A stretch of DNA of 64,000 nt from an uncultured Gemmatimonadales bacterium (GTDB lineage: Bacteria > Gemmatimonadota > Gemmatimonadetes > Longimicrobiales > RSA9). Every line of letters starts with the position of its first letter. Position 1 is the first letter of the stretch. A model generated the notes under the pieces. It saw nothing but the letters and a program-made list of their open reading frames with translations, did no database searches and was not told the origin of the DNA. This document shows, one piece after another, positions 18,060 to 28,783 of this stretch. Where the stretch lies: positions 1,120,001 through 1,184,000 of the forward strand of contig CAVUKA010000001.1 in NCBI GenBank assembly GCA_963741945.1, in the 5' to 3' direction. The translations under genes and the position numbers were made by a program.

Positions 18060-20399
18060 ATGAACCGAGCCCTCGTTCTGGCTTTCGCGCTCGTCCTGCC
18101 GGCCTGCGCCAGGTCCGGTGTCGGCATCCCCCTCGAATCGCGCGTGCCGCCCGGCGGCGTGCCATACCCGGCGAACCCGCTCGAGCCACACCTGACCGAG
18201 CTCCGGCGGGTGACGGACGGTGGCCAGAACGCCGAGGCCTACTTCTCGCCGGATGGCCAGCGGCTGATCTTCCAGGCCGTGATGCCCGGCGTGTCGGCGT
18301 GTGATCAGCAGTTCACCATGACACTGGACGGGCAGAACCTGCGGCGCGTGTCCAACGGTGACGGCCGGACCACGTGCGGGTACTTCTTCGACGGTGGGGA
18401 GCGGATCCTCTACAGCTCCACGTTGGCGAGCGGGGCGGCTTGTCCGGCCGAGCCCGACATGTCCCGCGGCTATGTCTGGGGACTGTACGATTACGACATC
18501 TACGCCGCGGACGATGACGGCGGGAAGCCCGTCCGCATCTTCGGCTCGCCCGTCTACGACGCGGAAGCGACGCTCTCCCCCGACGGCGCCACGGTGGTGT
18601 TCACCTCCGCCCGGGATGGGGACCTCGAGATCTACACGATGCGACCGGACGGCTCCGACGTGCGCAGGCTCACGCACGAGGTGGGCTACGACGGCGGCCC
18701 GTTCTTCAGCCCGGACGGGAAACGGATCGTGTACCGCGCGTCTCATCCCACCGACCCGCGGGCAGTGGCGGACTACCAGGCACTCCTCGAGCAGGGAATG
18801 ATCCGTCCCACCGCGCTGGACATCTGGATCATGAACGCGGACGGGAGCGGGAAGACGCGCCTGACCGACAACGGCAAGGCCAACTTCGCGCCGTTCTTCA
18901 GCCCGTCGGGCAGGAGGGTGATCTTCTCCAGCAACATGCAGGACCCGCGGGGCCGCGATTTCGACCTGTACCTCATCAACGACGACGGAACGGGACTCGA
19001 GCGCGTCACGGTCACGCCTGAATTCGATGGCTTCCCCATGTGGAGCCCCGCCGATCCCACATCGTTCGTGTTCGCGTCCAACCGCGGCGGGAGCGTGGAA
19101 GGGGAGACCAACATCTTCCTGGCCCGCTGGCTGGAGGACGTCGCGCTTTTCGCCCCCACGGTGGGCGGCGGCGACGCGGCGGGCGCAGCGTGCCCGGCGT
19201 TCGACCCCGACGACCTGGCCGGCGACATCGCCGATGCCACCGGCCGATACCTGGCCGACGACGCGCTCCAGGGCCGCTACGCGGGCAGCGCCGGCGCGGG
19301 CTGCGCGGCCGAGCTCGTCGCCTATGCGTTCCGTCGCCTGGGGCTCGCACCGGCGGGCGACGACGGCACCTACTTCCAGGACGTCCCGCTGGCCAGCGCG
19401 GTGAACCCCCACGCCCCGGGCGGCACCGGACGGAACGTGGTGGCGATGCTTCCCGGCACGGACCGGCGCCTGGCGGCGGAGTACGTGGTGATGGGCGCCC
19501 ATTACGACCACCTCGGGACGGGCGGATTCAACTCCCTGGCGCCGGAGCAGCACGCCATCCACAACGGCGCGGATGACAACGCCAGCGGGGTGGCGGCGAT
19601 GATCGACGCGGCGGAGCGGCTGGCCATCGGTCCCCGCCCGCGTCGCCCGGTGGTGTTCATCGCGTTCACCGGGGAGGAGGAGGGCCTGCTCGGGTCGTCG
19701 CACTGGGTGAAGCAGCCCACGGTGCCGCTGGACAGTGTGGTGGCCATGCTCAACCTGGACATGGTGGGGCGGCTGAAGGAGAACGGTCTGGTGGTCTACG
19801 GCACGGGCACGGCGGCGGAGTGGGAGGGGCTGGTGACGCCGGAGCTGGACCGCCTCGGGATCACGCGCCGGAGCTTCATCCCGGACGGCTACGGCTCCAG
19901 CGACCAGACGCCGTTCTACATGAACGGGGTCCCCGTGCTCCATTTCTTCACCAACACGCACTCCGACTACCACCGCCCCGGCGATGACTGGGAAAAGATC
20001 GACGTCCCGGGGCTCCACGCGGTGTCGGAGCTGGTGGCCTCACTGGCGCGGCAGGTGGGGAGCGGCGAACGGATGGCCGTGATCCCGGACGTGGGGAAGC
20101 CCGAGCCCGCGGCGGCGGCCACGTCGCCCGGCTACGGTGCGTATCTCGGGTCGATCCCGGATTTCAGCCCGGTGGAGCGTGGTGTGCTCCTGGGCGGCGT
20201 TCGGGAAGGCTCGCCCGCCGACCTCGCCGGGCTGCGGAAGGGAGACGTGATCGTCCGGCTGGGCGGGATGGACATCGCGGACCTGTACGGCCTGACCGAC
20301 GCGCTGCGCGCCCACAAGCCGGGCGACACCGTCGAGATCGCGTGGCTGCGGGACGGGCAAACCATGCGGGGCACCACCACGCTCGGGGCCCGGCCGTAG
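18060..20399 (+). CDS. Lipoprotein with PD40/TolB-like propeller, M28 peptidase and PDZ domains
   Basis: LPAC lipobox; AEAYFSPDG, YDGGPFFSPDG; GAHYDHLG, NGADDNASG, GEEEGLLGS, NLDMVG, SDQ, YHRPGD; YLGSIPD...GSPA. Confidence 0.9.
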   Translation: MNRALVLAFALVLPACARSGVGIPLESRVPPGGVPYPANPLEPHLTELRRVTDGGQNAEAYFSPDGQRLIFQAVMPGVSACDQQFTMTLDGQNLRRVSNGDGRTTCGYFFDGGERILYSSTLASGAACPAEPDMSRGYVWGLYDYDIYAADDDGGKPVRIFGSPVYDAEATLSPDGATVVFTSARDGDLEIYTMRPDGSDVRRLTHEVGYDGGPFFSPDGKRIVYRASHPTDPRAVADYQALLEQGMIRPTALDIWIMNADGSGKTRLTDNGKANFAPFFSPSGRRVIFSSNMQDPRGRDFDLYLINDDGTGLERVTVTPEFDGFPMWSPADPTSFVFASNRGGSVEGETNIFLARWLEDVALFAPTVGGGDAAGAACPAFDPDDLAGDIADATGRYLADDALQGRYAGSAGAGCAAELVAYAFRRLGLAPAGDDGTYFQDVPLASAVNPHAPGGTGRNVVAMLPGTDRRLAAEYVVMGAHYDHLGTGGFNSLAPEQHAIHNGADDNASGVAAMIDAAERLAIGPRPRRPVVFIAFTGEEEGLLGSSHWVKQPTVPLDSVVAMLNLDMVGRLKENGLVVYGTGTAAEWEGLVTPELDRLGITRRSFIPDGYGSSDQTPFYMNGVPVLHFFTNTHSDYHRPGDDWEKIDVPGLHAVSELVASLARQVGSGERMAVIPDVGKPEPAAAATSPGYGAYLGSIPDFSPVERGVLLGGVREGSPADLAGLRKGDVIVRLGGMDIADLYGLTDALRAHKPGDTVEIAWLRDGQTMRGTTTLGARP

Positions 20400-20426
20400 A
20401 CGCGGGCCCCCGGGCGGAATGCGGGC

Positions 20427-21431
20427 TCAGCCCCGCGTCGCTCCGGAAGCCGAGGTGAGCGCGGCCTCCACGTCGTCCGGGAGCGGGACCGGCGGCGCAT
20501 CGGCGTAGACCGGCGCCGACAGGTACCGCTCGCCGAAATCGGCGATCACGGCCACCACAAGCTTCCCCTCGTTCTCCGACCGGGCGGCCACGTTCAGCGC
20601 CGCGCGCGTGATGGCGCCCGAGGAGATCCCGGCGAAGATGGCCTCCTCGCGGGCGAGCCGGCGGGCGGTCTCCACGGCCTCTTCGTTCGTGGTCTGGACC
20701 ACCTCGTCGATCAGCGCCGTGTCCAGCACGGCCGGAACGAAGCCGGCCCCGATCCCCTGCTGCTTGTGCGGCCCCGGCTCCCCGCCGGAAAGGACGGGGC
20801 TCTCGGCCGGCTCCACCGCCACCACGCGGATCCCGGGGTTCCGCTCCTTCAGGTAGCGCCCCGTCCCCGTCAGCGTGCCACCGGTCCCCACGCCGGCCAC
20901 CAGGATGTCCACTTCACCGGCCGTGTCCTCCCAGATCTCCGGCCCCGTGGTCCGGTAGTGGATGCGCGGGTTGGACGAGTTCTCGAACTGCTGCGGCATC
21001 CAGGCGGTGTCGCCCAGGGCGCGCGCGATTTCCGTCGCCCGCTGGATGGCGCCCTTCATCCCCTGCGACCCGGGCGTGAGCACCACCCGGGCCCCCAGCG
21101 CCGCCAGCATGCGACGTCGCTCGACGGTCATGCTGTCCGGCATCGTCAGGATGCAGGGGAAGCCGTGAGCGGTGGCCGCGAACGTCACGCCGATCCCCGT
21201 GTTCCCGCTGGTCGGCTCCACCACCACCATCCCGTCGCGCAGGGCACCGGTCTCGAGCGCAACCTCCACCATGGCCACGCCGATCCGGTCCTTCACCGAG
21301 CCGTACGGCTCGAATCCTTCGTGCTTCACCACCACCCGGGCGGGCAGCCCCTCCGCCAGACGACGAAGCCGGATCAGTGGCGTGTCCCCGATGGTCTGCG
21401 TGATGTCGTCGTAAATGCGGCCGCGCGGCAT
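20427..21431 (-). CDS. cysK: Cysteine synthase A
   Basis: SVKDRIG, EPTSGNTG, QQFEN, GVGTGGT, QGIGAG, GISSGA. Confidence 0.93.
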   Translation of the reverse strand: MPRGRIYDDITQTIGDTPLIRLRRLAEGLPARVVVKHEGFEPYGSVKDRIGVAMVEVALETGALRDGMVVVEPTSGNTGIGVTFAATAHGFPCILTMPDSMTVERRRMLAALGARVVLTPGSQGMKGAIQRATEIARALGDTAWMPQQFENSSNPRIHYRTTGPEIWEDTAGEVDILVAGVGTGGTLTGTGRYLKERNPGIRVVAVEPAESPVLSGGEPGPHKQQGIGAGFVPAVLDTALIDEVVQTTNEEAVETARRLAREEAIFAGISSGAITRAALNVAARSENEGKLVVAVIADFGERYLSAPVYADAPPVPLPDDVEAALTSASGATRG

Positions 21432-21591
21432 GACTCCCCCTTCACCAAATGGAAACGGCCCGCGCCATCGGTGCGCAGGCCGTCATCGGATCTCCTCAAC
21501 CATAGCGGCAGCCGGGGCCACCCCGCCACCTCACCGGGGACCCGGGCGTCGGCCGCGGCGGTAGCGGCTGGCGCGACCGCCCGTCGCGTGG

Positions 21592-22611
21592 CTACGCCAC
21601 GGCCACGAAGTCCGCCATCTCGACGAGGCCGCTCTCCATGCAGGCGCGACGGATCTCGCTCCGGGCGCCCTCCTGCCCCACGGCGGCGAGGACCAGTGCG
21701 CGCTCCGTCGCCGGCCCGGCATGGCGCCGGACCTCCCCCGGAGTGATGACGGGAGCGCCGTGGATCTCCTGGCCGATCTTCCGGGGGTCCAGGTCCACGA
21801 AGGCGACGGTGCGCGTCCCCGCGCTCGCCAGGTCGCGGGCGAACGCTTTCCCGACCGGACCGGCACCCCAGACCACGGCGGGCCGGCCAGCGGCGAGGAG
21901 CGTGCGGCGGAGGAAGTGCACCTTGATCCGGCGAAACGCCGCTTCGGAGTACCGCGCGTCGGTACGGGAAGCGCGGTCCGTGCGCTCCCTCCATTCGTGG
22001 AGCACGCCTGGCAGCTTGGCCATGCGGTGCCCGGCGGTCCACAGTCGAAGCACGAGATCGTAGTCCTCGGGCCAGCCGAGGTCGCGGTAGCCGCCCACGG
22101 CCGTGAGGACATGGCGCCGGATCATGAGGGTGGGGTGCGGGATCGGGCACTCCACGAAGATGTTGCGCCCGATGTCGTCGTGCGTGAGGAGGCCGTTGAC
22201 CCACGCCTCGTACCGCCGGGCACCGTCGCGCACGGCCGACCGGGGGAAATACCGCACGCCCGTGCCGCAGGCGGCGAGGCCGGGATCGGCGTCCATGAGC
22301 GCCACCTGCCGGGCCAGCCGAACGGGCGCGGCAACGTCGTCGGCATCCATCCGGGCCACCAGCTCGCCACGTGCCTCGGCCAGCCCGCTGGCGAGGGCGG
22401 GAACGATGCCGCGCGGCTCGGTGCGGAGGATGCGGACGCGGCCGTCGTCCCGGGCCCAGGCGCGGAGCGTCGCGAACGTCGCATCGGCGGACCCGTCATC
22501 GATGGCCAGGACCTCGAAATCGCGGAGCGTCTGGGCCTGCATGGAAGCGATGGCCGCGGGCAGCGTGGCTGCCGCATCACGGCACGGGATGACCACGGCG
22601 ACGCGGGGCAC
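21592..22611 (-). CDS. Glycosyltransferase family 2
   Basis: IDDGSAD, ARMDADD, HPTLM, PEDYDL; C-terminal VWGAGPVGK. Confidence 0.9.
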   Translation of the reverse strand: MPRVAVVIPCRDAAATLPAAIASMQAQTLRDFEVLAIDDGSADATFATLRAWARDDGRVRILRTEPRGIVPALASGLAEARGELVARMDADDVAAPVRLARQVALMDADPGLAACGTGVRYFPRSAVRDGARRYEAWVNGLLTHDDIGRNIFVECPIPHPTLMIRRHVLTAVGGYRDLGWPEDYDLVLRLWTAGHRMAKLPGVLHEWRERTDRASRTDARYSEAAFRRIKVHFLRRTLLAAGRPAVVWGAGPVGKAFARDLASAGTRTVAFVDLDPRKIGQEIHGAPVITPGEVRRHAGPATERALVLAAVGQEGARSEIRRACMESGLVEMADFVAVA

Positions 22612-22616
22612 GCGGC

Positions 22617-25589
22617 CTATTCCTTCGCCTTCCTCGCGACCGCGGCCGCGACCGCGTCCACGAGGGCGGCGGGAGTGAACGGCTTGGCGAGGAACAGCGC
22701 GTCTTCCATGTCGCCGCCACCGGCCCGGTCATCGTCATCGTAGCCGGACATGAAGAGGACGGGCAGCCCGGGCCGGAGCTCGCGCAGGGCGGCGGCCAGG
22801 CCATGGCCACCCAGCTCGGGCATGACCAGGTCGGTGACCACCACGTGGATCTCGTCCGCGTGGCCCTGGAAGACCCGCAGCCCGTCCACGCCGTTGGCTG
22901 CGTCGAGAACGGTGTAGCCCGCCCGCTCCAGCACCCGCACGGCCAGGCGACGGACCGCGGGCTCATCCTCCACCACCAGGACGGTGGTCGCCGGAGCCGG
23001 ACACGCCGATCCGGGACTGGCCGGCGGCTCCGGGGCGCTCCCCTCCGCAGTCTCGGCCACCGGGAGCAATACGGCGATGCGACTCCCGCCTCCGGGCTCG
23101 CTCGTGGCCACCACGTGCCCACCGCTCTGCTTGACGATGCCGAACACCGTGGACAGTCCCAGGCCGAGCCCCTTCCCCCGCTCCTTTGTGGTGTAGAACG
23201 GCTCGAAGATCCGCTCGAGCGTGTCCGGATCCATGCCGGTACCCGTGTCCTCCACGGCGACGCTGAGGAAGCGGCCGGGCTCGACGCCCCAGCTCTCGAC
23301 CTCGTCGTCCCCATCGGACAGGTCGAAATTCTGCGTGCGGAGCGTCAGCGTGCCGCCGTCCGGCATGGCGTCGCGGGCGTTCACCACGAGATTCACCAGC
23401 ACCTGCTCGAGCTGTCCCCGGTCGACGAACACGCGGGCATCGGCGGCGAGGAGCCGGGTGGAGCGGTGGATGTGCTCGCCAATGAGTCGTCCGAGCATGC
23501 GCTCGAGCTCGCCGATCACGGCATGGACATCCACGGCCTGCGGCCGCAGCACCTGGCGGCGACTGAATGCCAGCAGCTGCTGCGTCAGCGACGCCGCCCG
23601 GGCGCCCGCCCGCTCGATCTCCTCCAGTTCCGCTCTCAGCGGAGAATCGGGATCCAGGTCGCCGAGGAGGAACCTGGCCTGGCCGTTGATCACGGTCAGG
23701 AGATTGTTGAAGTCGTGCGCGATCCCGCCCGCCAGCTTGCCCACGGCCTCCAGCTTCTGGCCATGTCGCAGCTCCTCCTCGCGCTCCCAGATGCGACGCT
23801 CCGCCGCGCGCCGCTCGGTGATGTCACGGTAGAGCACGTAGAGCTGCGGCGGCTCGCCGCCAATCCGGATCTGTCGGGCCAGAAGGGAAACATCCACGCG
23901 CCCGCCCAGCTTCCGCTGCCGGACCGTCTCCGCGCGGGCCACACCCCCGGTCAGCGCCATTCTGGTCAGCTGCACGCTCTCGTCCTGCAGATCCGGGGGC
24001 ACGATGAGCGCCGCGAGCCGGTGCCCCACGGCCTCTTCCCGGCTGTGGCCGAACATGCGGGTGAACTCGCCGTTCACGCGCAGCACCGCCCCGTCCGCGT
24101 CCGTCAGCGCCACGGCTTCAGGCGAGCTCTCGAACAGCTCGGCGAAGTAGCGGCGCTGGATCTCTGCCTGCTGCCTTGCCTCGATCTCCTCGGTCATGTC
24201 GAGCGCCACACCGAGCACGGAGACGACGTTCCCCTCATCCAGCACCGGGATGCTCACACCGCGGATCCATCTGGGACCCCGGGGCGTGACCAGCCCCATC
24301 TCGTACTCGCGCGCGGCCCCACGCAGGACCTCTCCGAATATTCCCCACGCCCGCTCCCGCTCTTCCGGGTCGATGACATCGTCGAAGCTCCGGCCGAGGA
24401 ACTCCGCCGGCTCCGCGCCGAACAGGTCCCGGGCGACGGGATTCAGCCGCAGGATCCTCCCCTCGGGGGAGAACTCGTAAACGACTGCGGGGCTGTGCTC
24501 CACCAGGCTCCGGAAGCGCATTTCCGCCGCCGCGAGCGCCTGGTCCGAGCGCAGCCGGTCACGGACGTCCCGCGCCACGATCAGCGTTGCCACCGGCCGG
24601 CGCCGGAAGCGGAGTTGCCGGGTGGAGACACTCACGGCAACGGGAGTTTTCCCTGGGGGCAGCATCCAGAGGCGCTCGTTCTGGACCGTGTCGTCCGCTG
24701 ATGGCAGCCACGGGTGCAGCCGGTCCTCGCTCACGCCCGTGGCCATGAGCTCGTCCACCCGCGCTCCCGTCAGACTGGCGTGCCGCCGCCCGAGCAGCCG
24801 CCCCGCGGCGGGGTTGGCGCCGCGCACGCGGCCGGCCGAGTCGGCGACCAGCACGGCTTCGGACATGGTGCGGAGGACTTCGTCCGCACCGGACGCGTGG
24901 AGGAGGGAGAAGACGCGCCAGCGCCCGGCCACGAGACTGACGAGCAGCGCAGCCGTGGCGAGCGACACGGGCGTGAGCACGCCCGCGCGGTACACGGCGG
25001 TGGGGAGCCAGTAATCGGCGAGCGCGCCGAACCCCAGGATGCCGGCCAGCGCCAGGACGTGAAGCTCACGGCGCTCGTCGCGGGTGGCGGCGTGCCGCTG
25101 TGCGGTCCACAGCTCCCACACCGCGAGTCCGATGACGGTGGCGATCCAGCCGAAATAGAGCGCGCCCAGCCAGCCGAAGCGGGTCAGCGCGTGGCTTCGC
25201 GTGAACGATTCCAGCCCGACCACGAGCCAGGGGCCGGCAGAGGAGAGCGCGGAGAACCCGGCGGCCACGGCCCAGAACGTCTGCTGGCGCCGCCGTCGCC
25301 GGACGCCCGCGAGCGTGGTGGCGACGAGGTGGGCGGCGGGCGCGGAGAACGGGTCGAACAGGAAAGCGACGCGAAGCCACAGCCGCGTCCCCTCACCCGG
25401 CTGGGCGAGGATAGCCATCCCGAGCGGAGGCAGCCACGCGGCGATCACCACGGTGACGAGGAAGAAGCGGCGGCTCGGGCCGGAGAAGTGCTCGTACAGC
25501 AGGATAGCCGCGCCGAAGCCGAGAACGACCAGGGCGGCGCCGAAGTACAGAGCTGCCAGCGGACTCCACGTGTATGCCACGTCCTTCAC
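22617..25589 (-). CDS. Membrane hybrid histidine kinase (7TM-like N-terminus, 3 PAS, HisKA, HATPase, REC)
   Basis: AGGIAHDFNNLL, NLVVNARDAM, DTGTGM, FEPFYTTK, GLGLS; VEDE/TDLVMP/MSGY/KPF. Confidence 0.93.
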   Translation of the reverse strand: MKDVAYTWSPLAALYFGAALVVLGFGAAILLYEHFSGPSRRFFLVTVVIAAWLPPLGMAILAQPGEGTRLWLRVAFLFDPFSAPAAHLVATTLAGVRRRRRQQTFWAVAAGFSALSSAGPWLVVGLESFTRSHALTRFGWLGALYFGWIATVIGLAVWELWTAQRHAATRDERRELHVLALAGILGFGALADYWLPTAVYRAGVLTPVSLATAALLVSLVAGRWRVFSLLHASGADEVLRTMSEAVLVADSAGRVRGANPAAGRLLGRRHASLTGARVDELMATGVSEDRLHPWLPSADDTVQNERLWMLPPGKTPVAVSVSTRQLRFRRRPVATLIVARDVRDRLRSDQALAAAEMRFRSLVEHSPAVVYEFSPEGRILRLNPVARDLFGAEPAEFLGRSFDDVIDPEERERAWGIFGEVLRGAAREYEMGLVTPRGPRWIRGVSIPVLDEGNVVSVLGVALDMTEEIEARQQAEIQRRYFAELFESSPEAVALTDADGAVLRVNGEFTRMFGHSREEAVGHRLAALIVPPDLQDESVQLTRMALTGGVARAETVRQRKLGGRVDVSLLARQIRIGGEPPQLYVLYRDITERRAAERRIWEREEELRHGQKLEAVGKLAGGIAHDFNNLLTVINGQARFLLGDLDPDSPLRAELEEIERAGARAASLTQQLLAFSRRQVLRPQAVDVHAVIGELERMLGRLIGEHIHRSTRLLAADARVFVDRGQLEQVLVNLVVNARDAMPDGGTLTLRTQNFDLSDGDDEVESWGVEPGRFLSVAVEDTGTGMDPDTLERIFEPFYTTKERGKGLGLGLSTVFGIVKQSGGHVVATSEPGGGSRIAVLLPVAETAEGSAPEPPASPGSACPAPATTVLVVEDEPAVRRLAVRVLERAGYTVLDAANGVDGLRVFQGHADEIHVVVTDLVMPELGGHGLAAALRELRPGLPVLFMSGYDDDDRAGGGDMEDALFLAKPFTPAALVDAVAAAVARKAKE

Positions 25590-25673
25590 CCGCAGATGTG
25601 ATCGGGCGTTGATTCTCCGGCCCTGAAACAGTATCGGCCGGGGGAGGCACGGCTTGAGTGGCCGCCCGGCGGC

Positions 25674-28631
25674 TCAGCGGGGAGGGGAGCCGATCGCCTG
25701 AAACAACGGTCGAAGGTAGGCCCCGGTGTAGGACGCCGCCACTTCCGCCACCCGGGCCGGCGGGCCGGCGGCAACGATCCGACCACCACCAGCGCCGGCT
25801 TCGGGTCCGAGGTCGATCACCCAGTCGGCCGCCCGGATCACATCGAGGTTGTGCTCGATCACCACCACCGTGTGCCCGGCGTCCACCAGCTTCTGCAGGA
25901 CGTCCAGGAGCTTCTGGACCTCCGGACCGCTCAGGCCGGTGGTGGGCTCATCCATGATATACAGGCGCTTTCCCCGCTTCTTTCCCGCCCCTGCCAGCTC
26001 CCGCGCGATCTTCATCCGCTGCGCCTCGCCACCGCTCAGCGTGGGCGCGGCCTGGCCGAGCCGCAGGTACCCGAGCCCCACCTGCTGGAGCTGCCAGAGC
26101 ATCCGCCCGAGGCGGTCCGCGCGGATGAAGAACTTGATCGCTTCATCCACGGTCATGTCCAGCACGTCCCGGATGCTCTTCCCCTTCACTTTCACTTCCA
26201 GCGTCTCCGGACTGTAGCGTGCGCCGCCACAGGCATCGCACGGGACGTAGACGTCCGCCATGAAGACCATCTCCACCTGCACCACGCCGTCCCCTTTGCA
26301 CGCCTCGCAGCGCCCACCCTTCGTGTTGAAGCTGAAGCGACCGGGCTTGTAGCCGCGCTCCCGGGACAGCGGCAGCTCCGCGAAGATCCGCCGGATCTCG
26401 TCGAACGCCTTCGTGTACGTGGCCGGATTGGAGCGCGGCGTTCGGCCGATCGGCGACTGGTCCACCAGCACGGCCGCGTCCAGGTGCCCCAGCCCCTCGA
26501 TCCGCTGGTACGACCCCACGGCTTCGCCCAGGTGCTCCTTCGCCGTGTGCTCGCCGTGCAGCTCCCGCTCCAGGGCGCGGTACAGCACGTCGTGCACGAG
26601 CGTGGACTTCCCGCTCCCGCTCACCCCGCTCACCACCGTCAGCGTGCGCAGCGGGATCTCCACGTCCACCCCCTGCAGGTTGTGCAGCCGCGCCCCCTCG
26701 ATTCGCAGGCGCGGCCCATCCACGTCGCGATTCCTGCTCACGGCCCGGGCCGTCTCGCCCCGCAGATAGCGGGCGGTCGGCGAAGCGGGACCGGATGCGT
26801 CGCCGGAATCCGACGAAACCAGCTCCTCCAGCGTTCCCTGGAAAACCACCTCCCCCCCCTTCTCACCCGAGCCCGGGCCCAGCTCCAGGATGTGGTCGGC
26901 GCGCTCGATCATGGCCGGGTCGTGCTCCACCACCAGGACGGTGTTGCCGGCGTCGCGAAGCTTCTCCAGCAGAGAGATCAGGCGGTGGTTGTCCCGGGGG
27001 TGCAGTCCGATGGTGGGCTCGTCCAGCACATACAGCGTATCCACCAGCGAGGACCCCAGCGAGTTGGCCAGCGCGATCCGCTGCGCTTCGCCCCCGCTGA
27101 GCGTCCGCGTCTGGCGATCCAGCGTGAGATAGCCGAGCCCCACGTCGTCCAGGAACGAGAGGCGGGCCTCGATCTCGCGGAGGATCCCCACCGAGATCGC
27201 CCTCTCGGACGGCCGGAGGAGGGCATCGGGCTCGATCGCCGGCGCGGTCGCCGGGCTGCCGTCCGGGTCATCGCGCCCTTCCCCGTCACCGGACAGGCGG
27301 GCGAACCAGGACCGGGCGCTCTCGATGGTCAGCGCGGAGACCTCGCCGATGTCCCGGCCGCCGACCCGGACGTGGAGCGCTTCCGGCCGCAGGCGGGCGC
27401 CGCCGCACGCGGGGCAGGTCACCGCACGCTGGTACTTGCGCAGGAACACGCGGATGTACGCCTTGTACCGCTTCCGCTCCCTCGACTCGAGGAACGGAAT
27501 GACGCCCTGGAAGCTCCGCCCCTTCTCCCGCCGACGAGCCCCCTCGATCACGTGTCGCCGGAAACGCTCCGGCAGATCGCGCCAGGGCGTGTCCAGGTCC
27601 ACGCCACGCTGCTTCGCGAACTCGAACAGGCGCGCTCGGTACTTGCTCCGATACCGCTTCACCTCCCACGGCTCCACGGCGCCTTCCCGCAGCGAGCGCT
27701 CCGGCAGAGGGACGATCAGCGATTCGTCATACCGCAGGACCGCGCCAAACCCCGTGCATTCCTTGCACGAGCCGTACGGGTTGTTGAACGAGAACAGCCG
27801 GGGCGCCGGCTCCATGAACTGCACGTCCGGGTGGCGCTCGCAACGGAAGCGCTCGGAGAAGCCGAGGCGACGCAGGGGCGCCGAATCGTCGTCGAAGACG
27901 ACCACTCTCACCTCGCCTTCCCCCTCGGCGAACGCCGTCCCGATGGAGTCCGCCAGCCGCTCGCTTCCGGCCTCCGGATCCACTTTCAGCCGATCCACCA
28001 CCACGAGGAGCGAGGCGTCGGCGGCCAGGTCCCGGCCCAGGACGTCCGGGTCCTCGGCGCCCGGCTCATCGAACGTCAGCATGGCGTCGCCGGAAAGCAC
28101 GCGGACGAACCCCATCTCCCGGAGGTTCTCAACGATCTGCCGATGGCTCGCCCGCGCCGAGAGGGGGAGCGGGAAGGCAATGGCGATCCGCGTCCCCGGC
28201 TCCAGCGCCAGCACAGCGTCCGTGGCGCTCTGCACGGTGTCAGGACGGACTTCCTCCCCGCACTCCGGACAGTAGGTGCGGCCCGCGCGCGCCCAGAGAA
28301 GGCGGTAGTAGTCCTGCACCTCGGTGGCGGTCCCGACGGTAGAGCGGCTGGTCTTCGTCGGGTTCTTCTGCTCGATGGCCACGGCCGGCGCGATCCCCTC
28401 GACAGAGTCCACCGCCGGCTTTTCCATCCGCTCCAGGAACTGCTTGGCATACGTGGACAGGCTTTCCACGTACCGCCGCTGACCCTCGGCGTAGATGGTA
28501 TCGAACGCCAGCGAGCTCTTCCCCGACCCGCTCGGCCCCGTGACCACGATGAGGCGCCGGTGCGGGAGCTCGACGTCGAATCCCTTGAGATTGTGCTGCC
28601 GCGCGTTGCGAACGACAATGCGGTCCTTCAA
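25674..28631 (-). CDS. uvrA: Excinuclease ABC subunit A
   Basis: GPSGSGKSSLAFDTIYAEGQRRY, two LSGGEAQR, GVSGSGKS, Zn fingers. Confidence 0.95.
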   Translation of the reverse strand: MKDRIVVRNARQHNLKGFDVELPHRRLIVVTGPSGSGKSSLAFDTIYAEGQRRYVESLSTYAKQFLERMEKPAVDSVEGIAPAVAIEQKNPTKTSRSTVGTATEVQDYYRLLWARAGRTYCPECGEEVRPDTVQSATDAVLALEPGTRIAIAFPLPLSARASHRQIVENLREMGFVRVLSGDAMLTFDEPGAEDPDVLGRDLAADASLLVVVDRLKVDPEAGSERLADSIGTAFAEGEGEVRVVVFDDDSAPLRRLGFSERFRCERHPDVQFMEPAPRLFSFNNPYGSCKECTGFGAVLRYDESLIVPLPERSLREGAVEPWEVKRYRSKYRARLFEFAKQRGVDLDTPWRDLPERFRRHVIEGARRREKGRSFQGVIPFLESRERKRYKAYIRVFLRKYQRAVTCPACGGARLRPEALHVRVGGRDIGEVSALTIESARSWFARLSGDGEGRDDPDGSPATAPAIEPDALLRPSERAISVGILREIEARLSFLDDVGLGYLTLDRQTRTLSGGEAQRIALANSLGSSLVDTLYVLDEPTIGLHPRDNHRLISLLEKLRDAGNTVLVVEHDPAMIERADHILELGPGSGEKGGEVVFQGTLEELVSSDSGDASGPASPTARYLRGETARAVSRNRDVDGPRLRIEGARLHNLQGVDVEIPLRTLTVVSGVSGSGKSTLVHDVLYRALERELHGEHTAKEHLGEAVGSYQRIEGLGHLDAAVLVDQSPIGRTPRSNPATYTKAFDEIRRIFAELPLSRERGYKPGRFSFNTKGGRCEACKGDGVVQVEMVFMADVYVPCDACGGARYSPETLEVKVKGKSIRDVLDMTVDEAIKFFIRADRLGRMLWQLQQVGLGYLRLGQAAPTLSGGEAQRMKIARELAGAGKKRGKRLYIMDEPTTGLSGPEVQKLLDVLQKLVDAGHTVVVIEHNLDVIRAADWVIDLGPEAGAGGGRIVAAGPPARVAEVAASYTGAYLRPLFQAIGSPPR

Positions 28632-28783
28632 GCCACCCTGGCCCTGCCTCGATTACGGTTGCGGGCGAACGCGGATCCTACCCCGCTGCCCATGGAAGGG
28701 TGCGCGAATCCCTCGATCCGGAGGCCCGGGTATGTTACCCTTCGCCCCTGGCGCGGGGCACGGGTCCATGTACGGGAGAGACG

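Noticed and set aside
15126-20018. 1630-aa minus-strand ORF and other long antisense ORFs (e.g. 25851-28787, 3699-5639, 43162-45849)
   Set aside because: Shadow frames of real genes in very high-GC DNA; no recognisable motifs
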